56,710 nt of DNA from Chiloscyllium plagiosum (GCF_004010195.1 NC_057719.1:46980470-47037179), one strand, 5' to 3'. Positions 1 to 12,560 are shown, counted from the first letter of the stretch. Translations and numbers: made by a program. Notes: generated by a model not told the origin, from the letters alone.

Positions 1-390
1 CCATCTCGAGTATGGAAAACAATAGCTCTGTAAAATCTGGGAAGGTAAATAACCCAGCTTTACCGCATACCAGATTCAACACTGAGTCAACAATTTCACA
101 TCATAACCTCTGGTCCCCTAACATTTTTTTGTCAGTCTGTTTGTTTCAGTTCTCATTGGTAATGATTCTGCATTTCCCATTGACATCTCTCAGTACACCA
201 TTATCTCTTTACTTGCTCCCATGACCATCCCCTTGCATTCTACCATCATCTCTATATTGTCTTCTGTCTTTTACCCAATCATAGACCTTCCCCATCCAAT
301 TTCCATCATTTCTCAGCTAATGTACTTGCTTAAATCCTGTTGCATCTCTAATTTTCCCAGTGTTAAAGATCAACTGGAAACATGTTTGAA

Positions 391-1225
391 GACCATAAGT
401 TGTAAGAGTAGAAGAAGACCATTCAGCCCATCCAGTCTGCTCTGCCTTTCAATAAGATCGTGGCTAATCTGACAATCCACAACTCCACTTCTCCCTGTAA
501 TCTTTGATTCCCTTACTGATTAAATCTAATGACCCAGCCTCAATACTTCTATGGGATAAAGAACTCCACAGCTTCACTACCCTCTGAAAAAAGAAATTCC
601 TCCTCAAATCTGTTTTAAATGTGTGACCCTTTTATTCTGAAATTATGCCCTCTGGTTCTGGACTCACCACCAGGGGAAACAACTTTTGCACATCTAACCC
701 TGTCAAGTCCACTAAGAAACTTGTATGAGTCATGTATGGTCATCTTTCATTCTTCTAAATTCCTAAGAATACAAGTACAACGTACTCAACTTCTCCTTGT
801 CAGTCAATCCATCTATACCTGGTATCAACTAAGTGAAACTTCTATGGACTGCATCCAATATCAGTACATCTTTAATAAAAGCCAAATGCTGTAAATCAGA
901 AACAAAAACAGAAATTTCTGGAAAAGTTCAGCAGGTCTGGCAGCATTTGTGGAGAGAAATCTGAGTTAATGTTTTGGATCAAGGGACCTTTCCTCAGAAC
1001 TCTGAGGAAAGGTCACTTGACATGAAACATTAACTCTGATTTCTTTACACAGATGCTTCCAGAGCTACTGAGCTTTTCAAGAAATTCCTATTTTTGTTTC
1101 CAGTTTATCTTTATTTAAATAAGGTGCCCAAAACTGTTGACAGTAATCCAGCTGTGGTCTCACAAGTGACTTATAATGATTTAGCAAAACTTCCCTCCTC
1201 TAATACTCTATTTCTTTTGAAATAT
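391..1225 (-). mobile_element. Old CR1-type LINE 3' fragment, interrupted by a PLE-end palindrome at 874-1100
   Basis: Decayed CR1 3' end and ORF2 C-terminus pattern (ttcactaccctctg...aagaaattcctcctc...aaattatgccctctggttct). Sequence resumes as aaataaggtgcccaaaactg after the insertion. Confidence 0.65.
874..1100. mobile_element. Palindromic PLE-terminus insertion (family B), two inverted hammerhead-bearing arms
   Basis: Arms ~895-1000 and ~1001-1100 are imperfect reverse complements. Flanked by cagtacatcttt (862-873) and cagtttatcttt (1101-1112). Each arm starts CTGAGGA-AAGGTC-loop-GA..-(G/A)AAACATT-aact. Confidence 0.7.
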
Positions 1226-1279
1226 AGGCCACCCTCCCACGCTGTGTGTGTGTGTCCCTCCCTCGCTGTGTGTGTGTGT

Positions 1280-1501
1280 GTCCCTCCCACCCCAGTCTGA
1301 CCTATCACCCTCACCTTGACCTCTTTCCACCTATCACATTTCCGACGCCCCTCCCCCAAGTCCCTCCTCCCTACCTTTTATCTTAGCCTGCTGGACAAAC
1401 TTTCCTCATTCCTGAAGAAGGGCTTATGCCCGAAATGTCGATTCTCCTGTTCCCTGGATGCTGCCTGACCTGCTGCGCTTTTCCAGCAACACATATTCAG
1501 C
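1280..1501 (+). mobile_element. PLE 3'-terminal fragment (family A)
   Basis: Similar to the 3' end of the RT-bearing PLE at 26137-26401 (tgacctatcacc...ttcctga.gaagggctt.tgcccgaaa.gtcgatt.tcctg...gatgctgcctga). Confidence 0.75.
1408..1443 (+). ncRNA. Minimal hammerhead ribozyme motif (family A), one change in helix III
   Basis: attc-CTGAAGA-A-GGGC-TTAT-GCCC-GAAA-T-GTC-gatt. Confidence 0.6.
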
Positions 1502-2284
1502 ACAAATATCAGAAACCATACAGAGCAGCTCTGGACTAACAGTGTGTATCTGGGTGCACTAGCACATTTGAAATATGCATTCGATGGTTGGCATATGGCA
1601 TCACCTGGCAGTCGCAAGTTGTTATGGACATGGTCAACAATGGAATGTGGATAGAATTTGCCAAGTGCGGTGTAATAGGGATGTACTATGTAATTATGGG
1701 GTGTGTTTGATAAGGTACAGGAGATCTCACAAGACCTCATAGCAAAACAACCTCAGGGAAACTCAACAAAACTGATTAAGTTTATGCAGAGAGTCTAGAA
1801 AGTTGTTCCAGAAACATTGTACACTAAATGTTCTACTTAACACAGAATATTCTACAAGGATTGTTGACTACTTAAAGCGTGATAAACCACCTGACAAGAG
1901 GAGACAGACATCCCTTCACAACAAATACCATATGTGACAACATCAGTTCAAAATCCTAGGCAATCAAATGCAACAGTATCTTGTCCCAGCTGTGGTTTCA
2001 AAGCCCCACCTCAGTGAGGATAACACTGTCCAGCCTTCTGCCAACAATATATTCTTTGTAGGAGACATTACTTCCTGAAGAAGTGCTACAGTTTGAAGGA
2101 TATACAATGCATCAAACTAAATTGTTTCCATACCAACATGTATATTTATGACTTGGAACAGAATCTGGAAGAACAAGTCAGAATAGTAACAAGTCACAGT
2201 AAACCAATTCCTTTATGTTGGGGATAAGTAGCTATGAATGAATAATGTCATTCTGTTCTCAGAGATGCAGAAGAAGAAACAACC

Positions 2285-2420
2285 CAACTTCCCCTTACAT
2301 TCCTGCAGTTACATCAATGCAAAACCCTTTAGCAGGCACTGCTGATCGAACAGAAGCCAACAGAGACAAAGAAAGCTCACCAACTCCACCTCACCCGTTT
2401 CTATACCTTGTCATAGATAT
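2285..2420. repeat. Unclassified dispersed repeat, diverged second copy at ~17965-18105
   Basis: Shared blocks ttcctgcagtt.catcaatgcaa, gcactgctgatcgaa, gaagccaacag and tttctatac.ttgtca.agat. Confidence 0.6.
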
Positions 2421-3281
2421 TTTAAACCTGCACAGATAAATGAAATCAATGACTCTGTCAGCTTTGGGCCCTCAGCAACTTCTTACTGCCTGGGAGTGGA
2501 GATGAAGCCAGCTGTACACATGAAGTAGTGTAGATGCTAGATCTATTGACCATGATGCAGCCTGTGGTTGGAGTTGGCATTCAGACTAAGACAATGCTAG
2601 AGAGTGAAAAACAACTGAAAGAATTGTTTAGCTGGAAGCCAAATAAAGAAATCACCTGTAATTCTCATTGAAAGACCATTAACCTTATTGCAGTGGGAGT
2701 TCTGGAAGTAATCGGTTTAATAGCAGTTTGATCCCAAAGGAGCAGGTTATTGGAAAACAAGTGTACATTCTAATCATTAACCCACTGCGTAGGAGTCACA
2801 GGGAGGGCTGGGCTGGAGTTGTAGATTCAAAAGTTATGAGTTGGTCAAGAAATTGGAGCATTGTCCAGACAAAAGCTAATGGAAAATCCCCTATGAAATC
2901 TTGTAACTTGACAAATAGCTGAAACACTGAAGAGATATCAGAGTAAATTCTGGAAAGTGGTGACAAACCTCTTGAGTTGGTTACCAACAAAACTGAATAA
3001 ACCTCAAAAGATTTCACAAGGTAACTGAACTCTTTAGAGGCAAATTGAAATAAGAACTAAGTATAGAGCACAGTCTTTTATAAGGTATAGTGTTGTTAAT
3101 TGAGCTTACTTTGTTGAATTGTTTTTACAAAAAAGGCTTGCTTTTAGTTTAAAAGTGTGAAATCTTGTGCCGTAGCTCTGTCAGGTCATTGCTGGATGTT
3201 TGGATTTTTCTTTTAATGTTAATGGTCTCACAAAGAATCATTACAGAATCTCTAATTAACCACAAGAAGGTGGTGATGAAC

Positions 3282-3625
3282 TGGGGCTCAGTTGGTCATG
3301 CACTTTCCTCTGAGGCCGAACCTTATAGATTTAAGTCCCACTCCAGTTCTTGAGCTCAAACTTTCAAGGCTGATGCTCCAGAAGTAATTTCTTTTGAATG
3401 AAATGTTAAACTGAAGCCTGGTCTGCCCTCTCAGTAGGAAGGCTGGACAGGACTGTTAACTGTGATCCTATCTTCTTACAAAGGTTAACTGGATTCAAAA
3501 TGTTAACTCTGTTTTCTGTCTACAGATGCTGCCAGACCAGCTGTGTTTCTCCAGCACTCACTGTTCTTGTTTCAGGGATATTATCCCTGGAGTCCTGTCC
3601 CTTTAGCCCTTCATTAACCTCACAA
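3282..3625 (+). mobile_element. Ancient tRNA-derived Deu-domain SINE remnant (SacSINE1/AmnSINE-like), with a decayed family-B PLE end at ~3490-3575
   Basis: Head ggggctcagttggt...ctctgag...gatttaagtcccactccag. Deu-like core gaatgaaatgttaaactgaagcctggtctgccctctcag. Confidence 0.55.
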
Positions 3626-3661
3626 GAATTAAGTTATCACGTCTGTTGGTAAGAATTTATT

Positions 3662-3785
3662 GTGAAGGGCTTTTGTCCAAAGCATCGATTTTTCCTGCTC
3701 CTCAGATGCTGCCTGACCCGCTGTGCTTTTCCAGCACCACTCTAATCTTGACTCTAATCTCCAGCATCTGCAGTACCCACTTCTG
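3662..3785 (+). mobile_element. PLE terminal fragment (family A), degenerate hammerhead
   Basis: tgaagggcttttgtccaaagcatcgatttttcctgctcctcagatgctgcctgacc...ctccagcatctgcag. Confidence 0.7.
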
Positions 3786-4256
3786 TATAGGAATTTATTG
3801 TGCACAATTGTTGGCCCTACAACACAACACAGACTACACTTTAAAAAGTAGGAGGTCTGGGGCTTTAGCCTTCCAATGGGCAATACTGGTGCGTATCAGC
3901 AGCAAAAAGGGGAGAAAAATTATTGAAGCTTATTTGTCTGAATTCTAGCAATGGTATTATACATTCCATTGAGTCACTTGACTCTATCAGTCATTATGAA
4001 AATAGTGAAATCAGATTAAAGTAGTTTTGCAGTTCCCAAGACTACATTGTTTACGCTTGACTTTAATGTCATACCATTGTGTTGCCTATCATGTTAGTGC
4101 TTCTATTGAAATGTACCACAGAGTGTCTTCTTCTTAAGTAATGTTAGAATAATTTTGGTTGCTGTTTCTTTAGAATTCCAACATTTAACTTAGAACAGAT
4201 TAAACAAAACCTTTTTTTACAGTTGCAAATTACAGTATTATTTTCTGATTATTTTC

Positions 4257-4702
4257 TATCTGGATGTATCACTACCTGGTATGGCAACTGTACCATTCAA
4301 GATCGGAGACAGTTACAGAGAGCGGTGAACTCGGCCCGAACAATCACAAAGGCCAACCTCCCATCTATAGAATCCATCTACCAGGCCCGCTGTCAAGGAA
4401 AGGCCGCCAGCATTCTTAAAGATCCACCCCACCCTGGCAATGTTTTTCTACAACCTCTGCCATCGGGGAGAAGGTACAGAAGCCTGAACACACGCAGCAG
4501 CCAGTTTCGCAACAGTTTCTACCCCACTGTTGTTAGAATACTGAATGGACTCACAAACTCTTAACATTCGCCTGTACCTGTGTTTTTGTTTTTGCCACTG
4601 TTTACCTATCTATGCTAATTAGCTCTGTGATCTGCCTGTATTGCTTTTCACTGTGCCTCAGTAGACGTGACAATAAATTCGATTCGATTCGATTCAATTC
4701 AA
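4257..4702 (+). mobile_element. Rex1/Babar-type non-LTR retrotransposon, 5'-truncated
   Basis: ORF 4223-4564 carries CITTWYGNCT..DRRQLQRAV..LPSIESIY..ILKDPPHPG..LPSGRRYRS..FRNSFYP, typical of the Rex1/Babar ORF C-terminus. Ends caataaa(ttcga/ttcaa)n. Confidence 0.85.
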
Positions 4703-4743
4703 TGACTATTCATTTTCCCAGTGTTGAAAAAATAATTGGAATT

Positions 4744-4962
4744 CAGTCGGCTCTGCTATAACACACGTTTCTTCAAAGCAAATTGGCTATAATGTGATTG
4801 CAGAATTTAGACCATTATTTTTGGAACATGAATGTTCCTTATCTCTATTGGCTATAACGCAATTCCGGTCCCATTGGTTTGAATGGTGCTGCTATTATGC
4901 AATGTTCTTATAATGCGGGATCACATGGGAATGGAACAATCACGTTATATCATAACAGGCTG
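4744..4962. mobile_element. Tc1/mariner-pogo (Tigger-like) MITE
   Basis: Imperfect terminal inverted repeats cagtcggctctgctataac / gttatatcataacaggctg, TA at the right flank, non-coding interior. Confidence 0.55.
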
Positions 4963-5698
4963 TATCTTCACCAGTTTTAGAGTCTCAATCTTTATTAATT
5001 TGAGACCCAAAGATTTCCCTCATAAACCTGCTCAATTCTTCTGTTGTTCTCAAGGTCCCAATGCTGATGCCACTAGATTAGTGATGTATAGATATATAAT
5101 ACAAGTTGATATTACACATTATATTTTCTTAATTCTTTGACTCACCATATGCAACAACAAAGATTTACTATAAGTATGAAGTTCAGTTTTGGCTAATTTA
5201 TTGCTGATATAAATTTTCGTTCTACATCCCAATGACAACAATACCTACCAAACATAGCATGAAGGATTATTAAATGTAAATTAATTACTATTGATCCAGC
5301 AAGTGGTAATGGTTAACAGCTAATTACTGAGAAATAATATTGTCAGTATTATGTTTTTTCTTTTTTTTAGTGATTTAGCATTCAGTTTCTTTAATATTGC
5401 TTTTTCTCTGCAAAGATGCTCATGAACTGTAAATGCACTGATGATTACCACTCAAACTCTCATGCATAATTGAGTAATATTAGAGAGCTGCATATGATCA
5501 TGGAAACATTCCTTGTTTTGCTTTTCAACCTGTGGGGAAGACCTGACCTCCATTTGGCATCTTCTTCAGTGGCATGACGAAGATTTCAAACTCAACTTGT
5601 ATAATGCAACAGGAAATACCAATGTTAATCAGGAAATAACCACATTTTCCCCCCTTGATTTTCTCTCATTATGTCTGTTGTCCTTTGCTGAAGATCCA

Positions 5699-5822
5699 AA
5701 TACTGAATGGACTCACAAACTCTTAACATTTGCCTGTACCTGTGTTTTTGTTTTTGCCACTGTTTACCTATCTATGCTAATTAACTCTGTGATCTGCCTG
5801 TATTGCTTTTCACTGTGCCTCA
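5699..5822 (+). repeat. Second copy of the Rex1/Babar 3' region
   Basis: Near-identical to 4537-4660 but lacks the terminal tail. Confidence 0.8.
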
Positions 5823-6038
5823 ATTGAATTAACAATCTTTTATTACCTCATCTCAGGTGACTAGTTTTAGTTGGATCAGATTGAAACCAATTGGTGCATG
5901 GCATAAGAATACACTGAAAACAGAGAAATTGAGCTGTTAATATCAATCTGTTAATAGCTTAAACTTTAACAGTTTGATTTTTGCTTTCTCTTTTTCTTTC
6001 AGAATCCATTTCTTTTGTATCAATCTGTCTCACCATGC

Positions 6039-6341
6039 GGGGCGGCATGGTGGCTCAGTGGTTAGCATTGCTGCCTCACAGCACCAGGGACACAGGTTCA
6101 ATTCCAGCCTCGGGTGACTGTCTGTGTGGAGTTTACACATTCTCCCCGTGTCTGCGTGGGGGTGCTCCGGTTTCCTCCCATAGTCCAAAGATATGCAGGT
6201 CAGGTGAATTGGCCATGCTAAATTGCCCATAGTGTTAGGTACATTAGTCAGAGGGAAATGAGACTGGGTGGGTTACAGTTCGGAAGGTCGGTATGGACTT
6301 GTTGGGCCGAAGGGCCTGTTTCCACACTGTAGGGAATCTAA
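6039..6341 (+). mobile_element. HE1-type tRNA-derived V-SINE
   Basis: A box tggctcagtgg, B box ggttcaattcc, V-domain ttctccccgtgtctgcgtgg..gtgctccggtttcctccca, CR1-like tail. Six copies in the window. Confidence 0.85.
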
Positions 6342-8164
6342 AAAAAAACTCAGCTCCAGATTTTCACCTGATCATAAAATGTTGAGCATTTCTTGCAAAA
6401 AAAAACAAATACGTAGTTTTGAAAAAGTTGGTCCTAGCATAACAGTGCAACGCCCTACAAGTTTAGCATTTTCATATTTCCATGTACTTACTTCTTTTTG
6501 CCTCAAATTTCCTCTTATATTAGCAGATCTAAGACCATTAAGCTGGGACCTTGGTTTTTGAAAGGAAAAGCCATGTTATGCACAGATCCATGAATTATCA
6601 CCTACATTACACCATATCAAAACTCATCCTTCAAAATGAGCAATGAGCTAGATTATTTGTTGTACTGCAAAATGTATTCTAAAGAGATTTGAAAGCTATT
6701 CCACGTACAACATCTGGAAAAGTGCGTGGTAAATGGTTTTCTGTTTCACAAGCAAAGCTAGAGGTAACATCAAAAACTTAAACTGTCCTTTGAAACACTG
6801 ACATTTAATACAAGGATTTAAATCATTTTTGGAGCTATTATTCTTCAAGAATGTAGTTAAGTACTTTAAAATAAAACTGACAGAAGCAGCAGTTGGAAAA
6901 TGTTAAATGAGTTAAGCACAAGAGACAAGGATAGTGGAAATTTTTTTTTAGAAAGTGCAAATAGCTCTTGCCAGTTCTGCCTGAAGATGAAAAAACAGCG
7001 ATTTAAATTACACAAAAAGAAATAGCTGAATAAACATAGATATATATCTCGCCAAATGATCTTAAAGAAGTGTTTCAGTGCAATTATAAGCTTGATAGCT
7101 TGAAATTAATGTTTGAAATTAAGTATTTTAATGTTTTCCAATGTTAATTCGTGCTGCATCTCTAAGACAATGATGGCCCAACCAATCAGCATATTCTTCT
7201 CACACTATATAAAATGGTACCTTTTCGTTCAATTTTTTTTCCTATGTTATGGTTTTGAAGAAGGCATGACAAAAAGCTTCAACTTCTAGTCTCCATTTAG
7301 CAATGTCAAGTTCCTCAATCTAATTAATAAATTATCACCTTGGTCATACTTCAGGCTTTGTAATTCAACTGATAGAATTGCACTGTGTATAGTACAAGGG
7401 ATACAAATGCCCTGAATTTTTTTTGCCAAAATCTCAATTTAATCCCTTGTCAACATGAGGAATACACACCTTTATAGGTGTATGTCTCTACTGGAGGGAC
7501 AGAAAACTTGTATTTGGTTTAACTTTTGTAATATTCTTCCATTGGCTACCCCGCTTCTTCCCTTGAAATGCTATTTTACAGGTGCATTTCTAAAGGAAAA
7601 TCTGATCGACACAGAGCTGGAAAGAACAGAAGAAAACTGAAAACAGTTGCTTTAAAGGTTCCTGAAAATTTGAATGGCAACAGAATAAAAAGATCAAAGA
7701 AAGAAACAACTTGGCTGAAATGATTTAAAATCAATAATGAACATTCTTGTATTGTCCTTGTTATCCAAGCAACCTTGATTGTTATAAAAGGCACTCAACA
7801 ATGGGAAATAGAATGTAGGATAATGTAACATTATTCCTTGCTCATTTGAACATTGTTCCAAGACTTCGTCTGTTTAACTCACCTTATTCAGTCAGCTAAA
7901 TTTATGTTTGAAAAGTGTGAGATTCTAATTAAAAATATTAGTTTATGATCCCAAAAGAAAACAATTTGTGAAGGGAGCTAGTAATGAATACAGACTGTGC
8001 TTTCTGATCATCCAAGATCCAGTAATCAACATAATCGATCTTACTCATTGGTAGTTACTGCCATTTATATCTCAGTTATCTTTTTTTTTCAATAAATAAT
8101 CTGCCATTTAACACCCTTTGCTGTCAAAAGTGTTTTAAGCTCCTAAAATGCCACAGATCATCTG

Positions 8165-10060
8165 ATGTGTGTAGATGTAGAATATATGGATTTACAAAAG
8201 GCATTCAGCAAGGTGCCGCATCAATGTTACTACACAAACTAAGATCTCATGGTGTAGGAGATAACACAAAGAGTGAGGATTTAGCAAAAATAAGTCTGTG
8301 CCTACATTAATATGAATCATAACTAGTTGAAACTTCAGCATTGTTCCCTGTGGTACTGCACTATTTACAGCTTTCCATGTTAAAAATGATCTATTAACCC
8401 CAAACCACTGTTTCCTGTAAGTTAGCCAGTCTCTATCCAACAACCTGAACTCTTATGCATGAACTATAATGTGACATTTTATCAAATGCTTTTTGAAGCT
8501 TACGACACTGCTAAATTAGTGAAAACTGGGATATTTTCAGAAACAGCAATAAATGTTTAAAAATAATAGAGGGAAAAATTAAGAATATGAAAGAAAATTA
8601 TTAAGAAAAATAAAAAGACATTACAAGTTTCTAAAAGTTTAAGTCTCCCATGCCTTCAGAAATTCAAATACATTACTCTGACCAGTTCTCCTTTATTTAT
8701 CTGGCTTATTATATCCCCAAAAACCTCTATTATGAATGAATTCTATAATTTTCCCAAAAATAAAAAGTAACTGCTGGCCTAGTCTGCTGCTTTCTGGTCT
8801 TCCTCTTTTATAGATGTTAAAAGTCCACTTTTCTAATTCATTGGAAACTTTCCAAATTTGAGAAAATTTTATAGGATTTTAAGGTTCAACCAATCTCTAC
8901 CACCACCACTTTTAAGAGGTTAGGATACAGGCTGTTAGGTCCAGGGAACCTTTCAGCATTCCATTCCATTAGTTTTCATAGTATTTCTGCTCTATTGATT
9001 ATGATTTTAAGTCTCCCATGCCTTCAAACAAATACAAAATGTTTGTTTCAAAATGTCAGCCATTTACTTGTTTGCCAAAATTAACCTCCTAGTCTCAATC
9101 TCATAAACTTTTAGAAACTTGTAATGTCTTTTTATTTTTCTTAATAATTTTCTTTCATATTCTTAATTTTTCCCTCTATTATTTTTAAACATTTATTGCT
9201 GTTTCTGAAAATATCCCAGTTTTCACTAATTTAGCAGTGTCGTAAGCTTTTCTCTTTCAATTTAATCCAAAAATTAATTCCCTCAGTTAGCCACAAATGA
9301 TGCATTTTTCTCAATCTTTATTTTCAACAGAATATATTTTTGTTGAGGATTATGAATCATATTATTAGATCACTGCCACTGCTTCTCTGCCATTTTATCT
9401 TTTAAGCTATTTTCCAACTTTAGCCAATTTTGACTTCATTCCCTTTTAATGGCCTTTATTAAAGCTTAAGTCACTAGTTTTAAACCCATATTTCTCACCC
9501 TCAAACTAATTGTGAAGTTCTATTATGTGACAATCGCTCTTGCTTAGAGAATTTTTTCCTACGAAGTTATCAATTAATTCCATCTCATTAACATGTTTAA
9601 ATAGTTTGTTCTCTGAAAACCTTAGACTCTATTGTTCTGAAAAAACTGGCCCGAATTCACTGTAAGAATTCATCTTCCAGGTTACATTTATCAATATAAT
9701 TTATTTATTAAGATTACAATTGCCCATGACCTTTAAAGTTCTCTCTAAGCCCTACTTCTACCATTTGCCAGGACACTGATCCCAGTGCAGTTATATAGAC
9801 AATCCCAATGGTACAGCTCTCTCTTCAGCCAGCACTGGTGCCAGTGCCCCATGAATTGACCCACTCTCCGAAACCATCTTTTAGACAAATATTCAACTCT
9901 CTGACCTTATTTACCCTACACCAAGTTGCTTAGGTAGGAATCTAGAAATCATTAGCTTTACAGTTCTGCCTTTTAGTTTCACTCCTGGTTGCTCATATTC
10001 TTTCTTAGTCTATGTACTAAATAATGTTGTTACTACCCACCTGGACCACAGTAACAGGGA
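8165..10060 (-). mobile_element. Highly decayed CR1 LINE remnants (mostly minus; plus-strand RT piece at ~8165-8290)
   Basis: VDVEYMDLQKAFSKVPH on plus; WKAVNSAVPQGTML and KAFDKMSH on minus. AT-rich decayed continuation towards the 5' region. Confidence 0.55.
8496..9249. repeat. Perfect 146-bp inverted duplication (8496-8641 vs 9104-9249) plus 21-bp direct duplication (8638-8658 vs 9006-9026)
   Basis: Base-by-base reverse-complement identity read from the sequence. Confidence 0.95.
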
Positions 10061-10102
10061 TCAATATTATGTTCATAGAATCATGGACATAGAGATATAC
10101 TG

Positions 10103-10736
10103 TGTCATGGACTAGGCCAGACCACTCAAAACATTCTTAAGCAGGCAGCCCAGACCATAACTTTGTAATTTGTTTTGATAAGTGTACAGTAAAAATTACC
10201 CGGATTAAGTTAGCAAGGTGACTACCAGGTTTCAAAACAGACAAAAATTTATTCACAAAATTACACAATAAAACACAAAGAACAGAATAACAAACCCCTA
10301 CAGAACTTAATTTATCCAAACTAGACTTAATTATGCTGTTCCTAATATACATAACAGTCCCAAACCCCCTTAAAGACCAGTTAAAAAAAAGGAACTGATG
10401 CTTATAGGTTGAAGTTAGAAGGGGAGAAAGAGAGAGAGAGAGTTTCCACACACCTCACTGTTGAACTCCCAACCAGTTCTGGACTGAACTACTCAGCCAG
10501 AGAGCTGACCACTCCCCTTTCATTATATGGGTGACGTCTAAAAACATGACCACTTTGGCCTGAAGTCTCATCTGTTTACATATAACCAAAAAGGCCTCTC
10601 AATACCCTTTGAGCTTTGTACCAAACCAGTCTAATCAGCACCGGGAGCATTTAAGACCCCTCTGAAAAAAAACCAAGGGCATAGAATCCTTGAGGAAAGG
10701 AACAGCTTTTAGAAAATAGGAACCAGCTTTATGACA
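10103..10736 (-). repeat. 3' LTR (634 bp)
   Basis: tgtcatggactaggccag...ccagctttatgaca; direct repeat of 15954-16593. Confidence 0.95.
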
Positions 10737-10746
10737 CCTCCCCCCA
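10737..10746 (-). other. Polypurine tract
   Basis: Minus strand reads GGGGGGAGG immediately before the TGTCAT start of the 3' LTR. Confidence 0.8.
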
Positions 10747-10916
10747 TAAAATAAACCCCATCAATACTAAAAGATGGCTTCATTTTCAAAACCCTTCAAA
10801 AACCCAGTTAGTAGTCTAAAACACACGTATACACTATACTAACTGTAAACGTGCAAACATGCACAACCACATGCTAATTCAGGCCGTATACACCTGCTAC
10901 TGAATGCCTCCGTATC

Positions 10917-12530
10917 TCATTCGAGTCTCGATAACACATCGGCAATCACGTTTTCACAACCTGCCACATGTACAAATGGCAAATTGAATGGCTGCAATAA
11001 CAAGCTCCATCTAAACAGTCTGGCATTTCTGTCCTTAATGGGCGGTGGCTCAGTGGTTAGCACTGCTGCCTTACAGTACCAGGGACCTGGGTTCGATTCC
11101 AGCCTCAGGCGACTGTCTGTGTGGCATTTGCACATTCTCCCTATGTCTGCATGGGTTTCCTCCCACAATCCAAAGATGTGCAGGTCAAGTGAATTGGCCA
11201 TGCTAAATTGCCCATAGTGTTAGGTGCATTAGTCAGGGATAAATGTAGGGTCTGGGTGGGTTACTCTTTGGAGGGTCGGTGTGGACTTGTTGGGCCAAAG
11301 GGCCTGTTTCCATACTGTAAGGAATCTAATCTTAAATTTTTCCAAAAATATCAATGGGTTGTGATCAGTGTATACGATTGTCTCAGATGCATTGCTGGTA
11401 ATATCAACACTGAAATGTTATAATGCCAACTCCAAGTTTAAAGTCTCTTTCTGCACCATTGAATATTTCTGTCGATGAACATCCCACTTCCTGGAAAAAT
11501 ACCCAATGGGTCATTCTATCCCCTCGTTATCCTCCTGCAGGAGCACCGCACCAACACCTACATCACTGGCATTGATAGCCACCTTGAAAGGCTAGTGTAA
11601 TCTGGAGTGACTAATACTGAGGCAGTGGTTAAGGCTTTAAGCTGTCAAATGCCTTTTGACAGTCCACTGTCCACTGAAACTTCTTGCCCTTTTTTTAACA
11701 ATTCGATGAGCGGAGCAGCCATACTGCTAAAGTTCGGTGCAAATTTTCGGTAAAATCCACACAACCCGAGGAACCATAGTACTACTTTTTTTGTTGACAG
11801 TGTGGGAAATTCCCAATTACTTTTTTTTTCTCATCCCATGGGGCCATTTGTGCATGCCCAGTAACATGGCCCAGGAAGATGATTTGTGCTTTGGCAAGTT
11901 CACTTTTAGCTAGGTTTACCACCTAGCCTGCCTTCCGATGTCAATCGAACAAGTCCGATAACTGCTGTAAATGTTCCTTCTGTGGGTGACTAAAAACCAC
12001 CAATGTAAACAATACAGTTGGGTAACCCAGCAATTACCTTATTAGTCAGTCTCTGAAATGTGGCTGGAGCATTTTTCATACCAAAATGGCATGACCTAGA
12101 ACAGATACAGTCCATTCAGTGTTACGAAAACCGAAATTGCCTTTGCTCTTTCTGACAAAGGTACCTGCTAGTAGCTTCTGAGCATGTCCAACTTAGAAAT
12201 GTAAGTTGTTTGCCCCACTTTTTCGATACAGTCCTCCAACCGTGGAATTGGATATGCACCCATCTCTGTAATGGCGCTGACTTTGAGATGGTCCACACAC
12301 AACCAATGGGTACCATCTGGCTTTGGCACCATGACTATGGGTGAGTTCAAGTCATTGTAACTCACTTTGATTATGCCATCTTGGAGCATGCCTTCTTTCT
12401 CCGTCTGAATCTGTGCCAACTTTGGAGGGTTATGCCTATAAGGATGTTGCTTAAGTGGAACAGCATCTCCTATCTCTACATCATGCACAATTAGGTTAGT
12501 ACTTCCCAGTTTACTTCTGCATATCTTCAC
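10917..12530 (-). pseudogene. pol: reverse transcriptase and RNase H remnants
   Basis: PLKQHPYR, SPIVMVPKPDG, CVDH, YPIPRLEDCI, KLDML, MPFGMKNAPATFQRL. The YxDD motif is disrupted near 12000. RH motifs ASDVGVGAVL, YTDHNPL and NVIADVLSR. Confidence 0.85.
11039..11330 (+). mobile_element. HE1-type SINE inserted in the RNase H region
   Basis: Flanked by cttaa (11034-11038 and 11331-11335). Removing it restores YTDHNPLIFLEKFKDRNARLFRW. Confidence 0.9.
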
Positions 12531-12560
12531 ACGTAATAGTAATAACTCTTCCAGGTCATT

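Noticed and set aside
874..1100. Palindromic inserts as DNA-transposon MITEs or miRNA hairpins
   Set aside because: Arms are asymmetric, TSDs are long and variable (12-15 bp), and the sequence is related to the end of an RT-bearing PLE.
6045..6110. tRNA genes at SINE heads
   Set aside because: A/B boxes continue into V-domain and LINE tail, so these are SINEs.
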